Assembly (NCBI GenBank): GCA_963706575.1
Contig: CAVPNL010000001.1
Coordinates: 96,001 to 160,000, forward strand
DNA length: 64,000 bases
From: an uncultured delta proteobacterium
GTDB taxonomy: Bacteria > Desulfobacterota > Desulfobacteria > Desulfobacterales > JAHEIW01
Reading direction: 5' to 3'
Shown here: positions 39,642 to 48,986 of the stretch, piece by piece
Layout of the letters: each line of letters begins with the position of its first letter
Numbering within the stretch: the first letter of the stretch is position 1
The notes under the pieces: model-generated
Seen by the model: the letters and a program-made list of their open reading frames with translations, nothing else
Database searches by the model: none
What the model was told of the DNA's origin: nothing
Program-made: the position numbers and the translations under genes

Positions 39642-39821
39642 ATGGCACAGCAAATCGATTTAAATCAAATCAATGACAAGATTCAGCTGATGAAGAAAAC
39701 GGCTGAGGAACTCAACCGCATCGGGGAAGATTTTCCGGCGATTGCTCGCAACACCGTGCGCATACTGGCCAGTGTCAAAATGCTGGAAATCAATGTATCG
39801 GATTTGGTTGAATTGGGATAA
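39642..39821 (+). CDS. Small hypothetical helical protein, 59 aa, not in ORF track
   Basis: GAGG RBS; MAQQIDLNQINDKIQLMKKTAEELNRIGEDFPAIARNTVRILASVKMLEINVSDLVELG*. Confidence 0.75.
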   Translation: MAQQIDLNQINDKIQLMKKTAEELNRIGEDFPAIARNTVRILASVKMLEINVSDLVELG

Positions 39822-39893
39822 TTGCCACTTATCGTTCACCGCCCACTTTTAATTTCGAAATACAACCCCTGCCGCATGGCCTAATGGTATATC

Positions 39894-40505
39894 ATGAACT
39901 GGGAACAATTTACTCAAGAACTGTTTAGACTGGCTGAACCATACCTGGAAACAAGGAATGATCTTCTTCATACCCGGGTCGCGCATCAATACGCCGTGTA
40001 TCTTCTTGAAAAAGAAGCTGGCGACAAAAAGATAGTTGAACCCGCTGTTATTCTCCACGATGTTGGCTGGTCCCAGCTAAAACCCGAGGAGATAAAGATC
40101 GCCTTTGGAGCGAATGCCAAAGGTGAAAGAGCCAAGCAGCTGAATCGTATCCACGAAGTGGAGGGGGCCAGAATCGCCCGGGAGATTCTCACAAAACTGA
40201 ATTATGACCGGTTGTCCATTGATATAATTGCTCGGATCATTGAAAAGCATGATTCCGGTAAAAATCCTCAAACGATCGAAGAGAAACTGGTCAAGGATGC
40301 AGACAGACTTTGGCGATTTTCCAAAATCGGTTACTATCATGAGATGGAGCGGCAGAATACAACCCATGAAGCCAGGTACCATTTTCTAATCCAGAATATG
40401 GGTAAATGGTTCTTTACAAAAACAGCGAAAGAGCTGGCCGATACGGAACTTCAAGAGCGTGTCAAAGAGCATTCAGATCTTAAGGCATCGCAGAAAAAGG
40501 TGTAA
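39894..40505 (+). CDS. HD-domain phosphohydrolase
   Basis: H...ILHDVGW...HE.EGA...HD...DAD motifs. Confidence 0.88.
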   Translation: MNWEQFTQELFRLAEPYLETRNDLLHTRVAHQYAVYLLEKEAGDKKIVEPAVILHDVGWSQLKPEEIKIAFGANAKGERAKQLNRIHEVEGARIAREILTKLNYDRLSIDIIARIIEKHDSGKNPQTIEEKLVKDADRLWRFSKIGYYHEMERQNTTHEARYHFLIQNMGKWFFTKTAKELADTELQERVKEHSDLKASQKKV

Positions 40506-40541
40506 AAAATTTTAGCGGTTAAATAGCAGGGAGACCCTACG

Positions 40542-41981
40542 ATGGAAAGCGGTTTGCGGCTGAAATTGTTAACTTCAGAAGAGATAACGACGATTTTTGA
40601 AAAGTGCCAAGATGTATTGTCAAAGAAAGGTATGAAGATTGATCATCCGCATGTCTTGAAAATGCTGGACAAAGCGGGTGCACGGGTTGATTTTAAAAGT
40701 CGTCAGGTTCGGTTCCCTAAGGACATCATCGGAGCGGCACTGGATAATGTGCCGCACTGTTTTCTGCTGGCGGGCAGAGATGAACGCCATGATATGGTTC
40801 TCCCTGACCCCAACGGTGTCTTTCATGTCCGCAATGGTTCAGGTGCTTTTAGATATTTCGATCCCGAATCGGATGTGTTCCGCTATGTAACCTTGGCAGA
40901 TGTAAAAATCTGTGCCCAATTCGTGGAAGCCTTGGACGAAATAAGCTTTTGCGCCTTTCCTTCTCCTACCGATGCGCCGAAACAAACCGCCGATATCCAT
41001 GCGCTCAAAGTATTATTAGAAAATACGTCCAAACATATAAATGTTCAACCCTACAGTGCTGAGAGCGTTGAATATCTTTTAGCATTAGCCCAGGTTGTTG
41101 CTGGGTCTGCGGCTCTTAGCAAGCGGCCTGTCATCAGCTTGAGCCCCAACGCTTTCACACCCCTTGGTTTAAAGGCCTATGACGTAGAGGTCATTCTTCA
41201 GTCGACTCGTCTTGGCGTGCCGATACATTGCTGGAGCTTGCCCAGTGCCGGGGCGACTTCCCCGATCACTATCGCCGGAAGCATCCTTCTGATGGGAGTC
41301 GAAATATTATGCATGATCGTTTTGAGTCAGTTGTTGCAGCCCGGTACGCCTGTTATTGCCAACCCGTTCCCCTTTACGACAGACATGGCAACCGGGAATA
41401 GCCTTAATTCGAGTGTTGAAGTTACACTGACAACAGCGGCTGCTGTTGATTATATAAAGCGTGCTTACCGCGTTCCGGTTCATACATATGGGTTTGGCAC
41501 GGATTCTCCAGTAACAGATGGTCAGGCATCGACAGAAACATCGCTGAAGGGGTTGATGGCGTCTTTAGCGGGGGCTGATTTGTTAAGTGGAGCCGGGATG
41601 GTTGAATCGATCAATGGGTTTAGTCTTATTCAATTGCTAGTCGATAATAACCTGGTAGGCCTTTTAAAACGGCTTAACAGAGGGGTGAAGGTTGATGATG
41701 ATACCCTGGCCTGGAAAGAAATTATGAGCACGGATCCGGGCAGCAATTTTCTTGAAAGAATTCATACTTTTGAGCATTGCCGCGAAGCATTGCGTCCTAA
41801 ATTTTTTATCCAAAAAGAATGGGAAGTATGGAACTCAGAAGGAAAGAAGGATCTATATGCCCGTGCTTTTGAAGCCTACAAAGTTTTAAAAGATGGTTTG
41901 CAGCCGGATCCTTTACCCGATGATATTCGAAAAGAACTAAACGCGATCGTAAAAAAAGCTGATGAAAAACTGGCAAAATAG
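40542..41981 (+). CDS. mttB: Trimethylamine methyltransferase superfamily protein (non-pyrrolysine)
   Basis: NTSKH, AGATSP.T.AG, TDS...DGQA..E and AG.VES motifs; no in-frame TAG. Confidence 0.85.
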   Translation: MESGLRLKLLTSEEITTIFEKCQDVLSKKGMKIDHPHVLKMLDKAGARVDFKSRQVRFPKDIIGAALDNVPHCFLLAGRDERHDMVLPDPNGVFHVRNGSGAFRYFDPESDVFRYVTLADVKICAQFVEALDEISFCAFPSPTDAPKQTADIHALKVLLENTSKHINVQPYSAESVEYLLALAQVVAGSAALSKRPVISLSPNAFTPLGLKAYDVEVILQSTRLGVPIHCWSLPSAGATSPITIAGSILLMGVEILCMIVLSQLLQPGTPVIANPFPFTTDMATGNSLNSSVEVTLTTAAAVDYIKRAYRVPVHTYGFGTDSPVTDGQASTETSLKGLMASLAGADLLSGAGMVESINGFSLIQLLVDNNLVGLLKRLNRGVKVDDDTLAWKEIMSTDPGSNFLERIHTFEHCREALRPKFFIQKEWEVWNSEGKKDLYARAFEAYKVLKDGLQPDPLPDDIRKELNAIVKKADEKLAK

Positions 41982-42021
41982 CCATCTGTGCGATCTTCTG
42001 GAGAAATTCGAGGAGGAATTA

Positions 42022-42153
42022 ATGGAAACCATTCCAGAAATAATGGCCGCTGTTTTGCTGACCGGTCACGGTGGTTTCGACCGGCTGGAATACCGCACGG
42101 ATGTTCCGGCACTGGAGGGCAAAATTGAGCGGCCTTCGAAAATAGATGGGTAA
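42022..42153 (+). pseudogene. N-terminal fragment of an MDR-family alcohol dehydrogenase
   Basis: AGGAGG RBS, then METIPEIMAAVLLTGHGGFDRLEYRTDVP; similarity to the family then stops abruptly. Confidence 0.65.
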
Positions 42154-42169
42154 ACGTCTGGAGGTTTTT

Positions 42170-43291
42170 ATGCCGCATATACTGGGATCCAACGAACTTC
42201 TGGAGGATGTTCATAAAAGGGAATTATGCATCGGCTGCGGTGCCTGTGTGGATATTTGTCCGTATTTTAAAAATTATAAAGGCAAGACAGCCCAGCTGTT
42301 TCCGTGTACCTTAGAACAGGGTCGTTGCTATGGATACTGCCCTAAAGCCGAGGTCGACCTGGATGAGCTCTCACAGGCTATCCAGGGTGTGCCTTATGAC
42401 GGCAGCCCCTTGGGAGACTATCGGGAAGTGCTGGCTGCACGGGCGGGTGGCAAAATTAAAAAGGGCACATTTCAATCCGGCGGTACGGTCACGGCGTTGC
42501 TTACCTTTGCATTCAAGGCCGGTTCGATCGACGCTGCCGCATTGACGGATCGCAAGGTCTTGACCCCGGTGCCCCGCATCGTGACGGACTGGAAGGACGT
42601 AACGCGATGCGCCAGTTCCAAATTCATGGCCGCACCCACGATATCTTCGGTAAATCTGGCGGTTCGGCAAGGCTACCAGAGCATCGGGGTGGTGGGAACC
42701 CCCTGCCAGGTGGTGGCCGTGGCTCAGATGAAGACCAACCCCCTGGCAGAAGAAGCCCATAAGGTTCCGCTGTCCCTTACGGTGGGCTTGTTTTGTAACT
42801 GGTCCCTGGACACCCGACAGTTGATCGATTTATTATCGCAAAAACTGGATATATGCGGAATCGTGGGAATGGACATTCCGCCACCGCCGGCCAATATCCT
42901 GGTTCTGGATACCGCCACCGGCAGGGTGGAGATTTCGCTTTCCGAAATCAAACCGCTGATCCCGCATACCTGTTTTATCTGTCCGGACATGACTTCGGAA
43001 TTGGCCGATGTTTCAGTGGGGATGTTTGAAGGACGGCCGGGATGGAACACCCTGATCCTGCGCTCCGCCAAGGGTGTTGAGCTCATTGAACACGCCCGCA
43101 GGGAAGGCTATGTCGAAACCGAGGATTTTCCGGCAGAAAATCTAAAATATCTCTCTCGGGCGGCAGCCGAGAAGAAAGATCGAGCCCTGCGAACACTGAT
43201 CCGCAGGGAATTGATTAATAACAAAGGAGAGGAACGCGCTGCGGTGCGAATACCGCAGACTGTTGTCGATCGGATACTGAAAAAGAAGTGA
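42170..43291 (+). CDS. FrhB/FdhB-family Fe-S flavoprotein
   Basis: CIGCGACVDICP, QSGG.VTALL, VGTPCQ, GLFC and C.ICPD.TSELADVSVG motifs. Confidence 0.88.
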   Translation: MPHILGSNELLEDVHKRELCIGCGACVDICPYFKNYKGKTAQLFPCTLEQGRCYGYCPKAEVDLDELSQAIQGVPYDGSPLGDYREVLAARAGGKIKKGTFQSGGTVTALLTFAFKAGSIDAAALTDRKVLTPVPRIVTDWKDVTRCASSKFMAAPTISSVNLAVRQGYQSIGVVGTPCQVVAVAQMKTNPLAEEAHKVPLSLTVGLFCNWSLDTRQLIDLLSQKLDICGIVGMDIPPPPANILVLDTATGRVEISLSEIKPLIPHTCFICPDMTSELADVSVGMFEGRPGWNTLILRSAKGVELIEHARREGYVETEDFPAENLKYLSRAAAEKKDRALRTLIRRELINNKGEERAAVRIPQTVVDRILKKK

Positions 43292-43454
43292 CTAAAGTGA
43301 GCTAAAATGCCTAAAGTGCCTAAAGTTATTGTCTCGCTTCGCTCGATCTCTTTTAATATGATCGTTTTACCCTGTTGCTCAGCCCTGAGGCTCTCGACGG
43401 GCAGGATTCCTTAACTTTAGTCACTTTAGTTCACTTCTCACTTTAGCTCACTTT
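43286..43454. repeat. Repeat family A, longest copy, with nested insert
   Basis: Arms AAGTGACT-AAAGTGAGCT-AAAATGCCT-AAAGTGCCT-AAAGTT and AACTTT-AGTCACTTT-AGTTCACTT-CTCACTTT-AGCTCACTTT. The first unit contains the frhB stop codon. Confidence 0.88.
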
Positions 43455-43473
43455 CTTTTAAAATGGAGGCATT

Positions 43474-45408
43474 ATGTCTATAATTTCGTATGGCCGGAAA
43501 GGGGAGCGGTACCTGGTCATGGGCAACGAGGCTATCGCCCGCGGGGCGCTGGAGGCCGGCGTCAGTGTCGCCGCCGGTTATCCCGGCACCCCTTCATCCG
43601 AAATCATCGAAAGCCTGGCAAAGGTTTCAAAAGACCAGAATCTTTACGTGGAATGGTCGGTGAATGAGAAAGTGGCCATGGAGGTGGCCGCCGCCGCCTC
43701 CTTTGCCGGCCTGAGATCGCTGTGCGTCATGAAGCAAAACGGCGTCAACGTCGGATCGGATTTCCTTTTGCATCTAGCGCTGACGGGCGTCCGGGGCGGA
43801 ATGGTGCTGGTGCACTGTGATGATCCCGGGGCACTTTCCAGCGCCAATGAGGGGGAATCCAGACATTTTGCACGGATGCTGGAACTTCCGTTACTGGAAC
43901 CCGGCGATTTCCAGGAAGCTAAAGATATGATAAAAATGGCCTTTGAGCTCTCCGAAGAGATCCACAATGTTGTCATGGTTCGCAGTGTGACCCGGTTGTC
44001 CCATGCCAGCGGCAACGTGGTTTTCGGCGAGCTTAAACCAACGGAGAAAAAAGCCTTTTTTAAACACGGCGGATTTATACTGGATTCTCTGGAAGGTCCC
44101 ATGGCCAGCTTGCCGGTACCTTATCGACACGAAAAACAGCAAGAAAAATTAAAACAGGCCACTGCCCGGTTTGAAGAATCTCCGTTTAATTCTTACAGTG
44201 GCCCTGAGGCGCCGGAGATTTTATTGATTACCAGCAGTGCCTGTCATCTTTACAGCAAAGAGGCCATCAGCTTTTTGGGTGTTGCCGATCGGGTCGGTTT
44301 ACTGAAGCTGGGCACAACCTGGCCGCTGCCGCCCAGGTTGATGGAGAAATATCTTGGCATCACCGATAAGATTCTGATTGTCGAAGAAGTCATTCCGTTT
44401 CTCGAAGAAAATATCAAAATCCTGGCGGCAGAGCTGGCATCCAGGATTGGCCCCAAAACCTTTTATGGCAAACGCACGGGCGATGTCCCCTCCACCAATG
44501 AAATGAATCCGGATCTGGTGGCGACGGCCGTATCCAGGATTTTAGATATGAATTACCAGGCCGTACCCGAAGCTTATGCCAAAAGGTCCCAGGAAGTCGT
44601 TCTTTCAGGCGCCCCTGGCCGCGATATGACGTTTTGCGCCGGCTGCCCCCATCGGGCCTCGTTCTGGACCATCCACAACGCCCTGCAGATGGACGGCCGG
44701 GAGGGTTTTGTCTGCGGTGATATCGGCTGCTATTCCTTGGCCGTGCTTCCCACCGGTTTCAGTACATTGAAGACGCTGCATGCCATGGGAAGCGGTGTCG
44801 GACTTGCCAGCGGCTTTGGCAAACTGGGTCAATTCGGCATGAATCAGCCCGTTCTGGCCACCGTGGGGGATTCCACTTTTTTCCATGCAGTCCTGCCGGC
44901 TCTGGTCAACGCCATTCACCACCAATCAGATATCACTATCGTGGTGCTGGATAACAGCGGAACAGCGATGACCGGTTTTCAACCCCATCCGGGCCTACCG
45001 GTGGATGCCGGCGGTGATGAAGTTCCGGCTCTGGACGTGGCCAAAATATGTGAAGCCATGGGCGCCACGGTAAGAATCAGCGATCCCTTTGATATCGAAA
45101 AAACCCAACAAACTATTTTTGAGCTCTTTGAAATCAAAGGACTCAAAGTTCTGGTGTTGAAACAGATGTGTGCGCTGAGTCCGGAAAAGAAGGCCCAAAA
45201 AATGTTTGATGTATCTGTGGATGAAAATATCTGTCTGGGCCAAAGCTGCGGGTGCAATCAGCTCTGTACCCGGATATTCAAATGCCCCGGTCTGAATTGG
45301 GATAAGGATAAGCGGGTGTCTCAAATCGATGAAGTCATCTGTGTCGGCTGCGGGGTGTGCGCATCGATCTGCCCCTCGGGCGCAATCCAGAAAAAGGAGG
45401 TGGCTTAA
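43474..45408 (+). CDS. iorA: Indolepyruvate:ferredoxin oxidoreductase alpha subunit
   Basis: GNEAIARG, YPGTPSSE, FCAGCPHR, GDIGCY and GDSTFFH motifs; C-terminal ferredoxin. Confidence 0.93.
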   Translation: MSIISYGRKGERYLVMGNEAIARGALEAGVSVAAGYPGTPSSEIIESLAKVSKDQNLYVEWSVNEKVAMEVAAAASFAGLRSLCVMKQNGVNVGSDFLLHLALTGVRGGMVLVHCDDPGALSSANEGESRHFARMLELPLLEPGDFQEAKDMIKMAFELSEEIHNVVMVRSVTRLSHASGNVVFGELKPTEKKAFFKHGGFILDSLEGPMASLPVPYRHEKQQEKLKQATARFEESPFNSYSGPEAPEILLITSSACHLYSKEAISFLGVADRVGLLKLGTTWPLPPRLMEKYLGITDKILIVEEVIPFLEENIKILAAELASRIGPKTFYGKRTGDVPSTNEMNPDLVATAVSRILDMNYQAVPEAYAKRSQEVVLSGAPGRDMTFCAGCPHRASFWTIHNALQMDGREGFVCGDIGCYSLAVLPTGFSTLKTLHAMGSGVGLASGFGKLGQFGMNQPVLATVGDSTFFHAVLPALVNAIHHQSDITIVVLDNSGTAMTGFQPHPGLPVDAGGDEVPALDVAKICEAMGATVRISDPFDIEKTQQTIFELFEIKGLKVLVLKQMCALSPEKKAQKMFDVSVDENICLGQSCGCNQLCTRIFKCPGLNWDKDKRVSQIDEVICVGCGVCASICPSGAIQKKEVA

Positions 45409-45411
45409 CCC

Positions 45412-46035
45412 ATGAAAAATGCGAGTCTGCCATGTGATCCTTATAATGTCATTATTACCGGTGTCGGAGGGCAGGGCAATGTCATGGCCTCCCGCGTTGT
45501 CGGCAACATGTTGTCCCGCAAGAACTTGAATATCACCATTGGCGAGACCTTCGGTGCTTCCCAGCGCGGCGGGTCGGTGATGAGCCATTTGCGCATATCA
45601 GCGGAGTCTTACTGGTCGCCGCAGATTCCCCGAGGCAAGTGCCACCTGGTCATTTCTTTAGAACCCACCGAAGCCATCCGGGTGTTGATGAACTACGGAA
45701 ACCCGAGCGTCAGGGTTCTTTGCAATACACGGCCGGTTCACGCCATCGGCGTGATATCCGGTGAGCAGCGCTACCCGTCTTTGGAAGAGGTCAAATCATG
45801 GATAGAGGAATTGTCTGAAGATTGCTGGTTTTTAGCGGCGACCGAAAGGGCGCTGGAGCTGGGAAATCCGATTTTGGGCAACATCATGATGATCGGCGCT
45901 GTCGCCGGCATCGGCGTATTGCCGCTGGATAGAGACAGCTTTGAAGCCGCCATCTCTGAAGCGCTGTCCGGCGACAAACTGGCGCTAAACCTCAAGGCCT
46001 ATGATTTAGGTGTGCGTATGGTAAAGGGCATTTGA
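45412..46035 (+). CDS. iorB: Indolepyruvate:ferredoxin oxidoreductase beta subunit
   Basis: GVGGQG and GASQRGGSV.SH.R motifs. Confidence 0.93.
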   Translation: MKNASLPCDPYNVIITGVGGQGNVMASRVVGNMLSRKNLNITIGETFGASQRGGSVMSHLRISAESYWSPQIPRGKCHLVISLEPTEAIRVLMNYGNPSVRVLCNTRPVHAIGVISGEQRYPSLEEVKSWIEELSEDCWFLAATERALELGNPILGNIMMIGAVAGIGVLPLDRDSFEAAISEALSGDKLALNLKAYDLGVRMVKGI

Positions 46036-46056
46036 GCTTAAATTAGAGGAATCCGC

Positions 46057-48048
46057 ATGCGCGCTGGGTACAGCAAAATAGCATGCCGTTATCGAAGCCT
46101 GACAGGCGTGGCCGTGTTCCTGGTGTTAATAATTTGTGGGGGGATCGCGGGACCTGCTGTTGCATCTCCGGTTGAACCGATTCTCCAGCTGACACCGGAT
46201 ATAGAGCGCTATTTCCTTGGTCCCTATTTGGCATATATTGAGGACCCGCAAAAAAAGCTGACCATAGATGATGTGTCTTCTCCGCAGATGTCGGCGCGTT
46301 TTATCAGGCATACGGGCAAGATCCTCAATTTAGGCCTAAATTCTTCAGCCTATTGGATTCGTTTCACCGTAGATGCATTCAAAGATCAAATCTCCCAGAA
46401 AAAGTGGCTGCTGTACTTCGACTGGCCGAACAGGATAGATTATGCCTCCCTCTTCATACCCAAATTCCCAGATGCCGGTTGGTTTGCCAAGGAGGTGGGG
46501 CGCATTTTGCCAACCGGACCCGACCCCCACCCCAGCACTCCGACCGCTTTCCTGCCCCCTGAAAATTTTATTCAACCCGTAACCTTCTATCTGAGGGTGG
46601 AGAGCTCAGAAGCCAAGCTCATACCGTTGCAAATTTTAACCGATGAGGCCTACCAGGGCGTGTCGCGCGCGCGGTCGCTATGGTTCGGTGTCTATTACGG
46701 CATCATGCTGGCCATGTTTTTATATAATCTCATTTTGCTAATTTCGCTGCGCGAACTCAATCGTTTTTATTACCTGATGTATCTAATATTTATTGGCCTG
46801 TTGTTCTTGGAAGCCAATGGACTGTTGTCGGAGCGTTTTCAGATTGGGATTCATCTGGGTCAGGTTCTGGTATTGATCTTTATTTCCCTCACTTTTTTCT
46901 GGGGCAATTTATTCGCCAAATCCTTTTTAATCACAAAAGAAAACGCACCATTTTTTGATAAATTATTGTCCGGCGCCACGATTTTGGCACTTGTTCTGGC
47001 GGCAATGATTCCGCTGGTGAATCTAGCCTGGATGACGGTAGCCATCAGCCTCCAGTCGATACTGGTCCCGCCAATATTCCTGCTCGCCGCTCTCGTTTGC
47101 TGGCGACGTGGGTTCCGACCGGCGCGTTTCTTCCTGCTCGCATTTGCACTTCTGGCGTTGAGCACCATGTATGAAGCTTTGGCAATTTTCGGCGTATTGC
47201 CGTATTTCACACCGTACAGCGGACAATTCGGTTCAGCAATCGAGGTCATTCTTCTGCAGCTGGCCCTGGCAGACCGCTTCAGAACCTTGAGCCTGGAACA
47301 TGACATGATAAAACAGTCGCTCGATCTGGCGCGTGAAGTCCAGCAAAACCTTTTGCCCAATGAAAATCCTCAGATGGATAGATTGGATATCGCCGGTCGA
47401 AGCATTTATTGTGATGAAACCGGCGGCGATTATTATGATTTTATTACCAGTGATACGGATGAAAACGGTCAACTCACCATCGCCATCGGTGATGTATCCG
47501 GACATGGCATTTCCTCTGCCTTGCTGATGGCCACGGTGCGCTCGTCTTTGCGGCAGCGCTTATCACAACCGGGGAATGCAGGAGGCATTATCTCCGATGT
47601 TAACCGTCAGCTGGTTAGAGATGTGGAGGATTCGGGCCAATTTATGACCCTTTTTTACTTGAATATTGATGCGACGAAAATGCACGCCCATTGGGTTCGA
47701 GCCGGGCATGATCCTGCCATTTTTTATGATCCCGCTACAGACTCGTTTGAGGAACTTGGTGGATCGGGAATGGCTTTGGGGATAGAAGGAGATTACAAAT
47801 ATAAGGCGTATTTAAAAACAGCTCTGGATAGAGGACAAATAATTTTCCTAAGCACAGACGGAACCTGGGAGGCGGTTAACCCCAAAGGAGACATGTTTGG
47901 TAAAGAGCGAATCTACGATATCATTCGAAAAAATTCGTCATTAAGTGCGAATGAAATTATCAATATAATCTTAGGGTCTTTAAAAAGTTTTCAACAAGGT
48001 GCTCAAATAGAAGATGATATAACCCTGGTGGTTATTAAAATTATTTAA
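46057..48048 (+). CDS. 7TM-DISM sensor fused to a SpoIIE/PP2C phosphatase
   Basis: DISMED2-like periplasmic domain, seven TM segments (YYG..LAM..YN), and GGDYYD, GDVSGHG, TDG, DDIT motifs. Confidence 0.88.
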   Translation: MRAGYSKIACRYRSLTGVAVFLVLIICGGIAGPAVASPVEPILQLTPDIERYFLGPYLAYIEDPQKKLTIDDVSSPQMSARFIRHTGKILNLGLNSSAYWIRFTVDAFKDQISQKKWLLYFDWPNRIDYASLFIPKFPDAGWFAKEVGRILPTGPDPHPSTPTAFLPPENFIQPVTFYLRVESSEAKLIPLQILTDEAYQGVSRARSLWFGVYYGIMLAMFLYNLILLISLRELNRFYYLMYLIFIGLLFLEANGLLSERFQIGIHLGQVLVLIFISLTFFWGNLFAKSFLITKENAPFFDKLLSGATILALVLAAMIPLVNLAWMTVAISLQSILVPPIFLLAALVCWRRGFRPARFFLLAFALLALSTMYEALAIFGVLPYFTPYSGQFGSAIEVILLQLALADRFRTLSLEHDMIKQSLDLAREVQQNLLPNENPQMDRLDIAGRSIYCDETGGDYYDFITSDTDENGQLTIAIGDVSGHGISSALLMATVRSSLRQRLSQPGNAGGIISDVNRQLVRDVEDSGQFMTLFYLNIDATKMHAHWVRAGHDPAIFYDPATDSFEELGGSGMALGIEGDYKYKAYLKTALDRGQIIFLSTDGTWEAVNPKGDMFGKERIYDIIRKNSSLSANEIINIILGSLKSFQQGAQIEDDITLVVIKII

Positions 48049-48096
48049 TGCAGATCTCCCATTTATGGGTATTGATAGATATTTTGAATTCCTGGA

Positions 48097-48832
48097 TTAG
48101 GTAATACCCAGCTTATCCAGTAGTTGCCTGACATATTCCGGTCCGTCCGGTTTATAGGCAGGCAGGACCCATGGCATGTCCTGCAATGTTTGCAGCAGGG
48201 AGGGCAACAGATCAAATGGGATGGAAATAATTTGCCGGCCTTCTGGAAATAGTTTTCTGCGCTTCATGCCATGACCCAGACCCGTGACGAAATAATTCAG
48301 TTCCCCCGTTAAAAATGGGTAGCTGTATGTCCAGGCACAGCCGATCGCCGGTGAGAACTTGCTTACCCAGATTTTTGCTGACCGATAGCTCATTGCCCTG
48401 AGTATAATTTCCGTCTGATGGGTGCTGGCGAGCAGGATCAATAAATCGGGCTCGAATCGGAGCTGATCTAGCGGGGAAAAAGCAACATAATTAACGATGC
48501 CTCTGCCGATTTTTGGAATATGTAAGTAAAGCCGACTTGCGGAACGCGGCGCTTCAAAGATTTTCAACCCGGCGCCGAAATCTCCATTTACAAAAGGCTC
48601 ACCAATATCCGCCTGCCCCAATACATACATGTCCGGCCTCACAGGCATGGTTTGCGGCGTCGGCAAAAAAAGCACTGCCGCCCTGTGCCTTCTTAAGCAT
48701 TTCGCAGAGCGCCATTTTTTCTTCAAGCCGTTCTACCATGTCCGGCCGTTTAGACAGGAATTTAACGCCCACCGGCGGTACCTCGAAGTCAAACTTGTCC
48801 AAAATAGCGACATATTCTTTAGTGAGAATCAT
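48097..48832 (-). CDS. DUF169 family protein (apparent +1 frameshift near 48630)
   Basis: PVGVKF, LCEM.K.A, H.C..G.YVLG and PDLLI motifs split over two frames. Confidence 0.75.
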
Positions 48833-48940
48833 ATGAAACGGACCCTTTCCCTTTTATCCCTTACTGTTGGAGCGTCTTGTAAGGCAGATTGGATGATATA
48901 AAGGGGATACCAAAAGTTGTTTTTTCGTTTCAATGCGGGT

Positions 48941-48970
48941 TTCCAGGAGCTCTTGATAGAGCTCCTGGAA
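48941..48970. terminator. Perfect hairpin downstream of the ABC substrate-binding gene
   Basis: TTCCAGGAGCTCT-TGAT-AGAGCTCCTGGAA, a 13-bp stem; no clear U-tract. Confidence 0.55.
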
Positions 48971-48986
48971 TAGTAATGAGTTGTGC

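Noticed and set aside
40542..41981. Pyrrolysine-containing trimethylamine methyltransferase
   Set aside because: The ORF is full length with no internal TAG, and no pyl genes are in the window.
10860..43454. CRISPR array or integron attC sites from the repeat families
   Set aside because: There is no constant repeat with unique equal-length spacers, no cas or integrase gene, and no RYYYAAC...GTTRRRY boundaries.
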